In this document: in pieces, positions 53,975 through 63,998 of the stretch | Position numbering within the stretch: position 1 is the stretch's first letter | Layout: every line of letters starts with the position of its first letter | NCBI GenBank assembly: GCA_965199825.1 | Contig: OZ241329.1 | Coordinates: 352,001-416,000 of the forward strand | Reading direction: 5' to 3' | DNA from: Bdellovibrionales bacterium | Lineage (GTDB): Bacteria; Bdellovibrionota; Bdellovibrionia; Bdellovibrionales; UBA1609 | DNA length: 64,000 bases | The notes under the pieces: generated by a model | What the model was told of the DNA's origin: nothing | What the model saw: only the letters and a program-made list of their open reading frames with translations | The model's database searches: none | Program-made: the position numbers and the translations under genes

Positions 53975-54501
53975 CGGTAAGCACCTGGTTGCCAAGTCTC
54001 TTTCCAAGGACGGGGTTGATGATCCGCAATCATCTTTTGGATCGTCATAATTCCATCCATCACCGCTTCGGGTGTGGGTGGACAACCTGGAACATACACA
54101 TCTACCGGAATCACTTTATCAACTCCTTGGAGCACATGATAGGCGCGATAAAATCCGCCCGAACTTGCGCATGCACCCATAGACAAAACATATTTAGGCT
54201 CAAGCATTTGCTCATAAATTCTAACGATGATGGGAACCATTTTTTCGGTGATTGTTCCTGCAACAATCAGCAAATCGGCTTGGCGTGGCGAAAAGCGCAC
54301 GACCTCTGCACCAAAGCGAGCGAGATCATAACGAGGGCCAAGAACCGACATCATTTCGATTCCACAACAAGCAGTTCCGTAGGGCATTGGCCACAGCGAA
54401 TTTTTTCGGCCCCATGCTACCAACTTATCAATCTTTGTTGTGAAAACATAAGAGCGAGAATCTTCAACTAGAGCGCGGTCGTTCGCAGGTGATCCTGTCA
54501 T
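53971..54501 (-). CDS. nuoB: NADH-quinone oxidoreductase subunit B
   Basis: [29 protein letters not shown]. Confidence 0.97.
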   Translation of the reverse strand: MTGSPANDRALVEDSRSYVFTTKIDKLVAWGRKNSLWPMPYGTACCGIEMMSVLGPRYDLARFGAEVVRFSPRQADLLIVAGTITEKMVPIIVRIYEQMLEPKYVLSMGACASSGGFYRAYHVLQGVDKVIPVDVYVPGCPPTPEAVMDGIMTIQKMIADHQPRPWKETWQPGAYR

Positions 54502-54655
54502 TGAATATTCCTTTAGTTTTTCTCAATTATTTATCATTAAAGGGGTAACCAAGATACCGTGACCTCGAGAGAGAAGCAGCGCGTCTTATGTTTTGGGTTC
54601 TGTATAAGGTGCAGGATTTCTTTGAAAACCTGAGCTAGCCTTCTGCTTATCAACT

Positions 54656-56368
54656 ATGACCAATCCACTTTTGCGCAAACCCTTTTTGACTTACATTCGC
54701 CAACATCGACGACCTTTCGCGATGGGACTGACCGCCTTGGTGTTGACCAATGCACTTGATACTCTCCCGCCGCTGTTGATTGGTCAGGCACTTGATCAAG
54801 TCCTTGGACCTCGCAAAGGTCTTGCGCTGACGCTGTCTCTTCTTGTTTTAGTCACCGTCTTATTGAGTTTTTGTCGCTATGGATGGCGGCTTTTTTGGGG
54901 ACGCTTTCATCACTCGGTGGCCGATGATTTGCGAAACCGAGTGATGGATCATTTTTTATTGCTTGGCCCTTCGTACTTTCAAAAGACCCAAATTGGTCGC
55001 GCGATGAGTCTGATCACCAGTGACGTCAATTTGTTTCGGATGGCGATTGGACCAGGAATTTTGATTCTGCTCGATGGCATTACTATTTTGTTACTTGTGC
55101 CGCCCATGATGTGCCTGATTTCACCTTCTTGGACACTCAAAACATTATGTCTCATGCCGCTTGCACCATTTTTTGTGATGCACGTGATGAAAAAATTAAA
55201 TGTGCTGTACACCGCTAAACAAGAATCATTTGCCAATATGTCAGGTGTGGCACAAGAAAATGTGGCGGGAGTTCGGGTCATTAAATCTTTGGCGCTAGAA
55301 CTTCATCAAATCTTATTTTTTAATAAATTTTCGAAAAATTATGAGCTTGCGAGCAACAATGTGGCTCGTGTGGATTCGTCATTTACACCTGTGCTTGAGG
55401 TTTTTGCTTCTGTCGGGAGTGTGATTTTATTGGTGGTTGGGGCTCCCGAAGTTTTAAGTGGTGCGGTGAGTGTGGGCCAATTTTTAAGCTTTTTTCAGTA
55501 CGTCCAAAGAATGATTTGGCCCATGACCTCGATCGGCGTGGGACTCACTCATATTGGTCAGGGAAAGGCGGCCTTTCGGCGCATTCGCGAAGTGCTCGAG
55601 ACCGAGCCCTTAATTTTAGATGAGGGCTTAATCGAAATTTCGGAATTTCAAGAATTAGAGATTCGCAATTTGTCATTTGGTTTTGGGGATCGAATGATCT
55701 TGAGCGATGTGAGTTTGAATCTGACTGCCGGTCAAAAATTAGGAATCATCGGCCCCACCGGCTCGGGCAAATCGGTTTTGCTGGATTTGATATTTCGACT
55801 TCATAAGGCGCCGATCAATACTATTTTTATTAATGGCATCGCCATTGAAAATATCAAAACAAGTAGCTTAAGACGATTGTTTGCAATTGTTCCTCAAGAT
55901 GTTTTTTTATTTCAAGATTCGCTCCAGGCTAATCTGCAGATGGGCAATCCCGCTGCTAAAGCAACTCACCTGATGGATGCCCTTGAGGCGTCGGCCTTAA
56001 GCGAAGAGGTCGACAATTTAACGACCGGTTTACAAACCGAATTGGGCGAGCGCGGAGTGAATTTTTCGGGCGGTCAAAAACAACGTCTGACTTTGGCGCG
56101 TGCATTTTTAAAAGAATCTCAGGTGATGGTGCTCGATGATTCTCTCAGTGCTGTGGATAGCAAGACCGAGGCTCATGTGCTTTCGCGACTCAACACCCAA
56201 CAAACTTTGATTGTGGTCACTCACCGTTTATCGGCACTTGAAAGTATGGATCATGTTTTGGTTTTAAACAAAGGTCAGCGAGAAGCCTTTGGTGATCTTC
56301 GAACTCTTCGAACCTCATCGGCCACGGTCAAACAGCTCGCCCTTTTGCAAGAGCAGAGTTTAGAATGA
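54656..56368 (+). CDS. ABC exporter half-transporter (MdlA-like; degenerate Walker B)
   Basis: TM domain plus GPTGSGKS, FSGGQ, VLDDSLSAVD. Confidence 0.92.
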   Translation: MTNPLLRKPFLTYIRQHRRPFAMGLTALVLTNALDTLPPLLIGQALDQVLGPRKGLALTLSLLVLVTVLLSFCRYGWRLFWGRFHHSVADDLRNRVMDHFLLLGPSYFQKTQIGRAMSLITSDVNLFRMAIGPGILILLDGITILLLVPPMMCLISPSWTLKTLCLMPLAPFFVMHVMKKLNVLYTAKQESFANMSGVAQENVAGVRVIKSLALELHQILFFNKFSKNYELASNNVARVDSSFTPVLEVFASVGSVILLVVGAPEVLSGAVSVGQFLSFFQYVQRMIWPMTSIGVGLTHIGQGKAAFRRIREVLETEPLILDEGLIEISEFQELEIRNLSFGFGDRMILSDVSLNLTAGQKLGIIGPTGSGKSVLLDLIFRLHKAPINTIFINGIAIENIKTSSLRRLFAIVPQDVFLFQDSLQANLQMGNPAAKATHLMDALEASALSEEVDNLTTGLQTELGERGVNFSGGQKQRLTLARAFLKESQVMVLDDSLSAVDSKTEAHVLSRLNTQQTLIVVTHRLSALESMDHVLVLNKGQREAFGDLRTLRTSSATVKQLALLQEQSLE

Positions 56369-58167
56369 AGAGCGAAGACACTTTACAAAAAAAACTAAGC
56401 TACATTGGTTTACTTAAGAAGCTTTGGCCCTTTGTCAAAAAACAACCGCGTGGATTATTTTTGGCTCTGGCTTATATTTTGGGGTTTGTCTCTTTAAGCC
56501 GAGTGCTTCCTTTATTGTTTGGGTATGCGATTGATCAGGGTTTTAAGAGTGCAAATCTTTGGCTGATTTATCGGGTGGCCGCGGTTTATTTTTTAATTGA
56601 TATGATGAGGCTTGGACTCAGTTATCTGCAAAATGCCCAGATCGTTCGCTTGAGTAATACCGTGCTTTTTGATTTGCGCGAAAAAGTTTTGCTCCATGTT
56701 CTTAGGCTTCCGATGAGTTACTTTGATAAAAATGCTTCGGGCCGAATCATGACTCGAGTGACCACTGACGTTCAAAATTTAGGCGAGCTCTTTACCGATA
56801 CCTTTACCGCTTTTTTTGTGAGCTTTATCGAAATGGGCTCAGTGGTCGTTGCTTTAAGTTTTTTATCTTGGAAGCTGACATTTTTGTGTTTGATTGTTGT
56901 GCCAGTGATGCTTGCCGTTACCATTTGGATCTCTTCCCAACTGCGAGAGAAATTTGCCGAATCAAAACGAAAGCTCGCGACCTTGAATGCTTTTGCTGCC
57001 GAAACTTTGAGTGGACTTCGCATCGTTCATCTTTTTGATATTCAGAATTTGCGCCGCCAAAAATTTAAAACGGTAAGCGAAGACTACCGCGAGTTGCAGC
57101 TCCAAACGGTGCGGTTGTTTGCCGCACTCTGGCCGGTGCTTGATTCCTTTACCACCGCATCGGTAGTGAGTGCCTTATTTTTTGGTGCAATTGCCTATGA
57201 GAGTTTGGGTTTGAGTGTTGGCAGTCTTGCCGCTTTTATTTTATTGATCCAAAGTTTTTTTAAACCGATGCGTACCGTTTTCGAGCGCTACAACCAACTG
57301 CAAAACAGTTTGGCAAGCGGAGACCGGGTGTTTGATCTCTTTTCGCAAACCGAAGAGAGCGGAACACCTTTTTTGACTTCGGTGGTGCAGCCACTCCGAG
57401 GCGAGATCGAGTATCGCAATGTGACCTTTCGCTACAACGTGGAGAGTGCTGCCGCCTTAACCGGGGTGTCGCTCAAAATTCGCTCGGGCGAACGCGTTGC
57501 TTTTGTCGGTCGCACCGGAAGCGGCAAAACCACAATGATCTCGCTGTTACAAAAGTTTTATCCGGTGGAGATGGGTGAAATTTATGTGGATAAAATTCCG
57601 ATTACTCAATTTACCACTCACGAATTGCGATCGCGATTTGGAGTGGTGTTGCAAGATCCATTTTTGTTTCGCGGAACCCTACGCGAAAATGTCACCCTTC
57701 ATCGCACCGATATTGCCGATGAGCGAATACTTAAGTCGCTTTATGATGTGGGATTGGGAAATTTATTGGGACGCAATTTTAGCCAGGGACTTGATTTTAC
57801 AATTGAGGAGCACGGCGCAAACCTGAGCAGTGGTGAACGGCAGCTCGTCGCTTTTGCAAGGCTTTTGGCCTTTGATCCCGATGTTTTGATCTTGGATGAA
57901 GCCACTTCACATATTGATTCGATTTCTGAAGAGCGCATACAGAGTGCGATTGCTTCGGTCACGCGGGGTCGCACCAGTTTGATTATTGCTCATCGCCTCT
58001 CGACCATTATCAATTGTGACAAAATTGTTTTTATGGATGGTGGTTTTGTAACCGAAATCGGAACCCACGAACAACTGCTCGAGATGGGCGGTCGATATGC
58101 CGAGCTCTATCGCACCCAAACCAACACCGCTTTGACTATTCCAGTTGAAGCTTTTTCTGACTTATAA
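56365..58167 (+). CDS. ABC exporter half-transporter (MdlB-like)
   Basis: TM domain plus GRTGSGKT, LSSGE, ILDEAT, IAHRLST; ATGA coupling to the previous gene. Confidence 0.92.
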   Translation: MKSEDTLQKKLSYIGLLKKLWPFVKKQPRGLFLALAYILGFVSLSRVLPLLFGYAIDQGFKSANLWLIYRVAAVYFLIDMMRLGLSYLQNAQIVRLSNTVLFDLREKVLLHVLRLPMSYFDKNASGRIMTRVTTDVQNLGELFTDTFTAFFVSFIEMGSVVVALSFLSWKLTFLCLIVVPVMLAVTIWISSQLREKFAESKRKLATLNAFAAETLSGLRIVHLFDIQNLRRQKFKTVSEDYRELQLQTVRLFAALWPVLDSFTTASVVSALFFGAIAYESLGLSVGSLAAFILLIQSFFKPMRTVFERYNQLQNSLASGDRVFDLFSQTEESGTPFLTSVVQPLRGEIEYRNVTFRYNVESAAALTGVSLKIRSGERVAFVGRTGSGKTTMISLLQKFYPVEMGEIYVDKIPITQFTTHELRSRFGVVLQDPFLFRGTLRENVTLHRTDIADERILKSLYDVGLGNLLGRNFSQGLDFTIEEHGANLSSGERQLVAFARLLAFDPDVLILDEATSHIDSISEERIQSAIASVTRGRTSLIIAHRLSTIINCDKIVFMDGGFVTEIGTHEQLLEMGGRYAELYRTQTNTALTIPVEAFSDL

Positions 58168-58612
58168 ATTGAGGCAGCGGTTCATCAGGAAGTACTTTTT
58201 CCCAAAGAGCAATTGCGGCGAGAAAGACCGGCTTACTCTGAAAGAACTTTTGGATCAAAGTATCTGAGTAACGTTCATGGAGTACAAATTCACTCAAGCT
58301 CAACAAAGCTCCAATTTGTTGGTCATCCATTTTTTTGAGATCACGCATACTGATAAGGAGCTTCAGCTGTCTCTGAAAAATCTGTGGATTCATCGGATTT
58401 TGGCTCCGAAGTCGATTTTCTCTTATGAGCCAACTTGCAGCAGCCTGTTCTTTGGTGGTCAAACGCCCACGTGCAACGGGTTGATACCCAAACTCAAGAT
58501 CTTCAGGATAAGTGCGATATTCAGAATATTTTTGAAGGGCTTTGTAAAGGATTTCACGGCAACCCGCTTTTGAGGGAACAGACACAAAGATAAAGGCAAA
58601 AAGAAAAATCAT
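58136..58612 (-). CDS. Exported hypothetical protein
   Basis: 158-aa ORF, signal-like MIFLFAFIFVSVPSKA followed by GCREIL. Confidence 0.6.
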   Translation of the reverse strand: MIFLFAFIFVSVPSKAGCREILYKALQKYSEYRTYPEDLEFGYQPVARGRLTTKEQAAASWLIRENRLRSQNPMNPQIFQRQLKLLISMRDLKKMDDQQIGALLSLSEFVLHERYSDTLIQKFFQSKPVFLAAIALWEKVLPDEPLPQFISQKKLQLE

Positions 58613-58655
58613 CGGAACGCGGTTTTAAGTTTTTGTTTAGATTTGAGCAAGCTTA

Positions 58656-58692
58656 TTTACAGCCGTGAACTAAGGTAGTCCAAGGCTGTAAA
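58656..58692. terminator. Long hairpin ending the Glt-like operon
   Basis: TTTACAGCC...ACTA-AGG-TAGT...GGCTGTAAA inverted repeat. Confidence 0.55.
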
Positions 58693-58712
58693 CAAATTAC
58701 CCAAATGGGCCA

Positions 58713-59342
58713 TTATCGGTCGAGATGTTTGATCTTTTGGTACTGCTGATCGGCCAACTGGTTTTGCTTTTCCCACTTGGTGGTTTCTTCACGATAGGCT
58801 TGTTTTTTCTTGAGCCATTTTTCGTGTTCTTCGGTGGTTTGCTTTTCTTGAGAGTTCAGCGTGGCTTCAATCTCGTGGAGTGAGGATTTTTGCTTATCCC
58901 AATCTAGTTTTTCTTGCTCGATTTCTTTGACCTTACCATCGTACACCACCAAATTTTCGGCACGTTTTTTTTGATTGGCTTCAAGTTTTTCTAAAGTCTT
59001 TTTGATTTCGGCAATCGCTGCTTCTTCTTTTTTGATATTTTGGGCTTCGGTATCGTGAAATTTGATCACCTGTTTTTTGATATCATCAAGTTTGGCTTTG
59101 CCCGTTTCGATATTGGCCGCATTCCGGTGCAGTTGGGCCCGTTGATCCTTTAAAGTTTTAAGAGCAGCTGTGGTCTCCGAAACGTTTTTGGTCGAAATAT
59201 CCAAATTTTGTTTATATTGATCTAAATTTGATTTTGAATTTTCGGCATTGGTTTTTAATTTGTCCAATGCTTGTGATTTTTGATCTTGATCAGCAAATGC
59301 CAATCCTGAAAAAAACAAAGCACCAATTAGTAATGATCTCAT
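58713..59342 (-). CDS. Exported coiled-coil protein
   Basis: Signal MRSLLIGALFFSGLAFA, then continuous K/E/Q-rich heptads; start trimmed to ATG 59342, just after the previous stop. Confidence 0.8.
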   Translation of the reverse strand: MRSLLIGALFFSGLAFADQDQKSQALDKLKTNAENSKSNLDQYKQNLDISTKNVSETTAALKTLKDQRAQLHRNAANIETGKAKLDDIKKQVIKFHDTEAQNIKKEEAAIAEIKKTLEKLEANQKKRAENLVVYDGKVKEIEQEKLDWDKQKSSLHEIEATLNSQEKQTTEEHEKWLKKKQAYREETTKWEKQNQLADQQYQKIKHLDR

Positions 59343-59343
59343 C

Positions 59344-61716
59344 TTAGCCCCCCTTATGAACTGCGTTGGGACAGTTGTCCTGCAGTCCTGATCGATAATG
59401 CCCAATTTCATCTTGCCAGTACTCTCCGTCGAATTCCCAATTTAAGTTTTTTTCGGGCTTGCTCGACGCCGGCACCCGACGCCCATTGGTTGCGCCCCCC
59501 GCAACTTGATAACGAATATTTTCGCCACTGCCTGAGAACACCTCGTAGCGCAGGAACTCGTTGTTATCGAGCATCTTGGATAAACTCTGATCCATCGCTT
59601 TAAGATGCTGGGTCACCATTTTTCCGGCTTCATTTTTTACCGCTAATTTTTCCTGATCGATATGCTGAGTGCCTGCGGTTTTGACTCTCATCACGCCCGC
59701 TCTGCCGTCTTCATAAACCTGTTGGACAAATTTTAATCCCACCAGCAAATCCTGTTCGCTGCGCATTTCGGATTTCCATTTTTCAACATTGGGTTTTAAG
59801 GCTTGGTTGGTTTTTGCCTTTTCGATATTGATATCGAGGACGGAGACATGGGTGCGGAGCTCATCCATTTTTGTTTTGAGACGAGCTTTTTCGAAATTCA
59901 CTTTGTCATCGAGTGTGGCGTAGCGGGCAAGCTCATCTTCTTTGTCATTCAAGATCGATTGCTGATTTAAAAAGTCTTTGCGGCGGGCTACTTCGCGTAA
60001 TACTGAGGCCGCCATACCCTCTGCAGGATCTGTGGGCTTTCCGCGCATATAAGTTTTGATGGTGGCGTAGGATTGCTCAGCACTTAAATTTCGATTGATG
60101 TAGCCTTCTATCTGCGAGCGCCATGGGCGATAATCTTTTTCGAGCACACTTAAGTTGCGATAAGCATCACCGTATTGACAGATATTGAGATAGCCGATGG
60201 TTCGTACCACATAAGATTCTGGCTTATAGACGGTGCTAAAAAATGGTGAGTGAAGGCTATACATATTGCCGATTGCGCCTGAGGCATCGCCCAAATAAAT
60301 TTGGGTCCAACCTTGTTCGACCAATGCAGCAATCCAATAGGGATGATCTTTGCCCACCTTTTGATAAAGGCTTTGAGCTTCTTTAAACTGTTTTTGTTGA
60401 AATCGAATGCGCGCCAGGGTCATGTTGGCAACCGCTTCGAGATTTTTATCTTCTACATTATTTTTTTCGATATAGGCCAAAATCTCTTCGAGAGTTTTTG
60501 CGGCTTTAGGAAGCTTGTCTAATGCATTTTCGGCCAGAGCTTTTAAGACTTGGGCTGAGCTGTAAAAGGCACTTTTTTGGGTGACCTTTTCAGACAAGGC
60601 CAAGCTTTGCTCGTACTGATGTTTGCGAAAAAGATATTTGGCCATCAGATAGCCCGCTTGATCGCGATCTTTTTCGCTGATGATTTTTTTATGGCCAATT
60701 AATAATTCGGCCATTCGATTTTGATCAGCCAGCGGCAAATTATTTAAAAGAATCGAAAGAGCCTGCGACGCAAACTCGGAATTTTCTGATTTGACCACGT
60801 CTGAGAGTTTACGAAAGCTCTCGGTGTTGAGCTTAAATTGACTTGCACAATTGCCACCATAAAATTTGGCCTGAACTTCTAAACCTTTTGCGGTTTCAAG
60901 ATCATTGAGCAGTCCCATTGCAACAATGCACTTGTCTTGCTCGATCAAAATGCGTGACGCCAAAAATTTGAGATCCTGATCCGACAAAGGCTCAAACGGT
61001 TTGACACTCACCTGCACATCTTCCCCGAGATGAGGAAAATTGCGTTTGATGGTGTCCACGCTCACAAGCTTTTCGCTTTTGGCCAAAAGATTTTCGAAGT
61101 GGGTATTCGAAAATGGCAGCATCGGTTTTTTTGTGATCGCTGACAATTCTTTTTGACTGAGTGGCGGAATGGTTTGGAGTTGTACGGGCTTTGCCAATTG
61201 AGGCAAAGGCTTTTGGTTTAACTCGAGGGCAAAATCTTGGGCCGAGAGCTCAGGTTCTAGGCCGATATCGAGAGCAGGAATCTGCTGAATATTTTTTGGC
61301 ATAATGTACCGAGGCACAACCTTTACGGTCAGATTTTTTGTGTCTGCCGCACGCCCTGGTTTTTTAATTTCGACCACTTTTTGCGATTTAGGTTTAGCTA
61401 TCACCGCAGGTAGCATCGGAATCACCGCAGGCTCTGGAGGCTTCGGGATTGGGGTGACCACTGGCGGAGGAATGGGTTGCGAAGCTGTGGATTCAGAGCC
61501 TCGCGGTTGTGGAACTTGCGGCGCTGGCTTTTCGGAAGCAACCGCACGCTCCTTTTTTTTATCGTATCCGAGTGCGGGGTAAACAGTTTCTGTTAACCAC
61601 GTTTGAACCGTAGTCTGAACAGATGTTTTTACCAAATCCCAAGACCATTCTTGCGCAGTTGCAACACTGCTAAAGATGACCGAAAAAATCAGAATTCCCG
61701 CTCGAATCGACTTCAC
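59344..61716 (-). CDS. Exported TPR protein, GltC-like (gliding-motility family)
   Basis: Signal peptide, Pro-rich linker, TPR-like helices, C-terminal WEFDGEYWQDEIGHY...C typical of GltC-like proteins. Confidence 0.7.
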   Translation of the reverse strand: MKSIRAGILIFSVIFSSVATAQEWSWDLVKTSVQTTVQTWLTETVYPALGYDKKKERAVASEKPAPQVPQPRGSESTASQPIPPPVVTPIPKPPEPAVIPMLPAVIAKPKSQKVVEIKKPGRAADTKNLTVKVVPRYIMPKNIQQIPALDIGLEPELSAQDFALELNQKPLPQLAKPVQLQTIPPLSQKELSAITKKPMLPFSNTHFENLLAKSEKLVSVDTIKRNFPHLGEDVQVSVKPFEPLSDQDLKFLASRILIEQDKCIVAMGLLNDLETAKGLEVQAKFYGGNCASQFKLNTESFRKLSDVVKSENSEFASQALSILLNNLPLADQNRMAELLIGHKKIISEKDRDQAGYLMAKYLFRKHQYEQSLALSEKVTQKSAFYSSAQVLKALAENALDKLPKAAKTLEEILAYIEKNNVEDKNLEAVANMTLARIRFQQKQFKEAQSLYQKVGKDHPYWIAALVEQGWTQIYLGDASGAIGNMYSLHSPFFSTVYKPESYVVRTIGYLNICQYGDAYRNLSVLEKDYRPWRSQIEGYINRNLSAEQSYATIKTYMRGKPTDPAEGMAASVLREVARRKDFLNQQSILNDKEDELARYATLDDKVNFEKARLKTKMDELRTHVSVLDINIEKAKTNQALKPNVEKWKSEMRSEQDLLVGLKFVQQVYEDGRAGVMRVKTAGTQHIDQEKLAVKNEAGKMVTQHLKAMDQSLSKMLDNNEFLRYEVFSGSGENIRYQVAGGATNGRRVPASSKPEKNLNWEFDGEYWQDEIGHYRSGLQDNCPNAVHKGG

Positions 61717-61730
61717 CGTTTAAGCTCCTT

Positions 61731-62492
61731 TTACAAAAAGAATGTGAGACCTACCAAAAATTGAAAATTGCTGATCGTTTCGTCTCTTACAGTTCCGCCA
61801 ACACCTGAGTTTGAATATTTCAAAACGGTTTGGCCAAACCATTGATCACGAATCGATGTGCGAATTGCAAAATGCTGTGAAAAGAAAAAGTATTGCGAAA
61901 TATCAAACCCATAAGTAAAGGCCGACTGCGATTTGTTACCGCTAATAACAACTTGATCGTATTCGGTCATACCGATGAGAGGTGTAAACGAAAGATCGAA
62001 GTAAATAATTTTACGATTTAAAAAACTCATTTTTGCGTATATGGGAACGTAGTTAAATCCGATGCCATAAAAGTTGCGCATCCGGTTGTAATCCGCGCCG
62101 GCGCCGCCGCCTGTTGAGCGCAACTCATTTTCCATTCGACCATCATGAAGATTTGAGACCTGATAATCCAACTGGATTCCATAGCGCTCTTGCCAAAAAT
62201 AATTAGCCGAATACTGAATCATATTTCCATCGCTATAGGGATCATTGATCAATGGGCCGTATTGAGCCGAGAATGAAAATCTTTTTTCTTTAGAATAAGT
62301 TCGGTTTTGAACAACCGAAAAATCGGTATCCTTTGCCGACCAATACTGATTTTCGAGATCTTTGATGTCGACCTTATCCGAATCGGGCATGGCCTTAACT
62401 GCAGCCTCAGGCGTTTTTTGTGCCTGGGCTTTATGGATTCCCACAGTGAATGTGAGTAAAAAAATTGCTGTCGTACATAATGTGCGATTCAT
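61731..62492 (-). CDS. Outer-membrane beta-barrel protein, GltA/B/H-like
   Basis: Signal peptide, VVQNR, PIYAKMS...IIYFD, terminal beta-signal VGLTFFL. Confidence 0.75.
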   Translation of the reverse strand: MNRTLCTTAIFLLTFTVGIHKAQAQKTPEAAVKAMPDSDKVDIKDLENQYWSAKDTDFSVVQNRTYSKEKRFSFSAQYGPLINDPYSDGNMIQYSANYFWQERYGIQLDYQVSNLHDGRMENELRSTGGGAGADYNRMRNFYGIGFNYVPIYAKMSFLNRKIIYFDLSFTPLIGMTEYDQVVISGNKSQSAFTYGFDISQYFFFSQHFAIRTSIRDQWFGQTVLKYSNSGVGGTVRDETISNFQFLVGLTFFL

Positions 62493-62504
62493 ATCATTCT
62501 CCTT

Positions 62505-63998
62505 TTACCGGGTACTCCGGAATAAGAAAGGATATGACACATTCACCATAGTGCCACCAGTTGGTTTTGGAAATTGCCAACCGGCGATTCGTCGTAAGAT
62601 GCAACCCTCAACCATCGAGTTTTGTAAGGTGGAACTTCCGATACTTTGGGTAGCCACTTTTCCTTCGGGATTGATGGTGAATTTGACCTGAACTTTTCCA
62701 TAAAGAGTCGGACTTGCGCTCAGCTGTCTCTCATAGCAGTAGCGGATTTGACCGAGCTCGCTTTGAATCACTCGCGCGATCACGTCGCGATCAAGTCCTC
62801 CATCAACTTCGGTTTCTTCTTCTAAAATTCCGACTGTGCTATTGCCGACGTTTCCACTGCTCAGACCGCCCGTTCCTTTATACTGTGCAGCACCACCACC
62901 TCGACCTACCGTACTCACGCCGCCGATTTTATGACCATCCGAAGCTTTTCCGGTTGTGGGCATTTCTTTACCATCAACAAGGGTTCCGTGAACGATGGTT
63001 GATTTTACTCCGGCTTGTCCACTTGCGCCCTCTTTGCCGTCGGCTACCACAAACATATGATTGAGATTCGCACGCGCAGAGATCTTGCCAATTAATGAGC
63101 CCAATTGTTTGGCTTTGATTTGGCTGATGACTTTTGCCGCTTTGCCGCCCGCCTCGCGTTTGTCTTGGACCACTCGATCGGCATTGCCGGTTGCCGGAGT
63201 GTCTTGTTGCTGACGGGTTTGACCAGACAAATTCTTTTTGAGTTTGATTGAGTCTTTGCGTTTTTCGGCCATCAATTTGGCGTCATAAATCATTTTTGTG
63301 TAGATGTTTTGTTGTGGCGTGACCATGGCATCTTTTGGTTGGTGCGGCATAAACACAAATAACAGTGCACCAATACAAAATAAGACTGCGCAAAGGATCA
63401 GCGACCATCGGAGTGCGGGATCAATGGTCTTAAGCTGACTGCCCGCTTCGATTTCAAGTTTTTCGCTTTTGACTAAACGCTGCTGGATGATCAGGTCATC
63501 CACTTGGGTTTTTTTCCACTGAGCCGAAGTTGCAACTCCAAGAGCGTGATTTTTACCATGCCAAAAGAAATCAAATTTTTCTTTTGAATCTAACAGCTGA
63601 GTTTCGATCACATGACCATTTTTGGTGATGATGACCTGATGATAGAGCTCGCCGGGTTTTGAGGTTTGACCACCGTCATCTTCAAACAAATGGCGCTCAT
63701 ACTCGCGCGGCATAAATTTTAAAACATGAGATCCAATATGCACTTCGGTTTCGCGGTCGATAATGGCTTCGATCACCGGATTTTTTGCGATCCATGTGCC
63801 TTGTTCAGATCCAAGATCGTTCAAGACCCACTGTCCATTTTGAAAATCCACACTCGCGTGAAGACCGCCCGCCCCTGCTAACTTCACATCAGCAGAATTC
63901 GATGAGCCCATCAATTGACGGCGATCGGGCCTGATCATATGCCGGCCGATAAAACGATTTTTGTAACGATGTTCGAGCTCTAAAACTGTTCGTTTCAT
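62505..63998 (-). CDS. FHA-like / TM / TonB-C (AgmX/PglI C-terminal) protein, GltG-like (start near window edge)
   Basis: N-terminal FHA-like LNDLGSEQGTW, single TM, Gly-rich linker, IRYCYERQL...GKV...CI...WQFPKP...VSYPF. Confidence 0.8.
   Translation of the reverse strand: MKRTVLELEHRYKNRFIGRHMIRPDRRQLMGSSNSADVKLAGAGGLHASVDFQNGQWVLNDLGSEQGTWIAKNPVIEAIIDRETEVHIGSHVLKFMPREYERHLFEDDGGQTSKPGELYHQVIITKNGHVIETQLLDSKEKFDFFWHGKNHALGVATSAQWKKTQVDDLIIQQRLVKSEKLEIEAGSQLKTIDPALRWSLILCAVLFCIGALLFVFMPHQPKDAMVTPQQNIYTKMIYDAKLMAEKRKDSIKLKKNLSGQTRQQQDTPATGNADRVVQDKREAGGKAAKVISQIKAKQLGSLIGKISARANLNHMFVVADGKEGASGQAGVKSTIVHGTLVDGKEMPTTGKASDGHKIGGVSTVGRGGGAAQYKGTGGLSSGNVGNSTVGILEEETEVDGGLDRDVIARVIQSELGQIRYCYERQLSASPTLYGKVQVKFTINPEGKVATQSIGSSTLQNSMVEGCILRRIAGWQFPKPTGGTMVNVSYPFLFRSTR

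Noticed and set aside
53863..54471. 202-aa plus-strand ORF
   Set aside because: Antisense shadow of nuoB/nuoCD with no recognisable motifs
54656..58167. Non-canonical ABC motifs (LDD Walker B, LSSGE signature) as pseudogenisation
   Set aside because: Normal asymmetry of heterodimeric exporters with one degenerate site
58649..58665. Second sigma54 box (GG-N10-GC) upstream of the 58612 orphan
   Set aside because: Flanking bases fit the consensus poorly and it lies partly within the terminator hairpin
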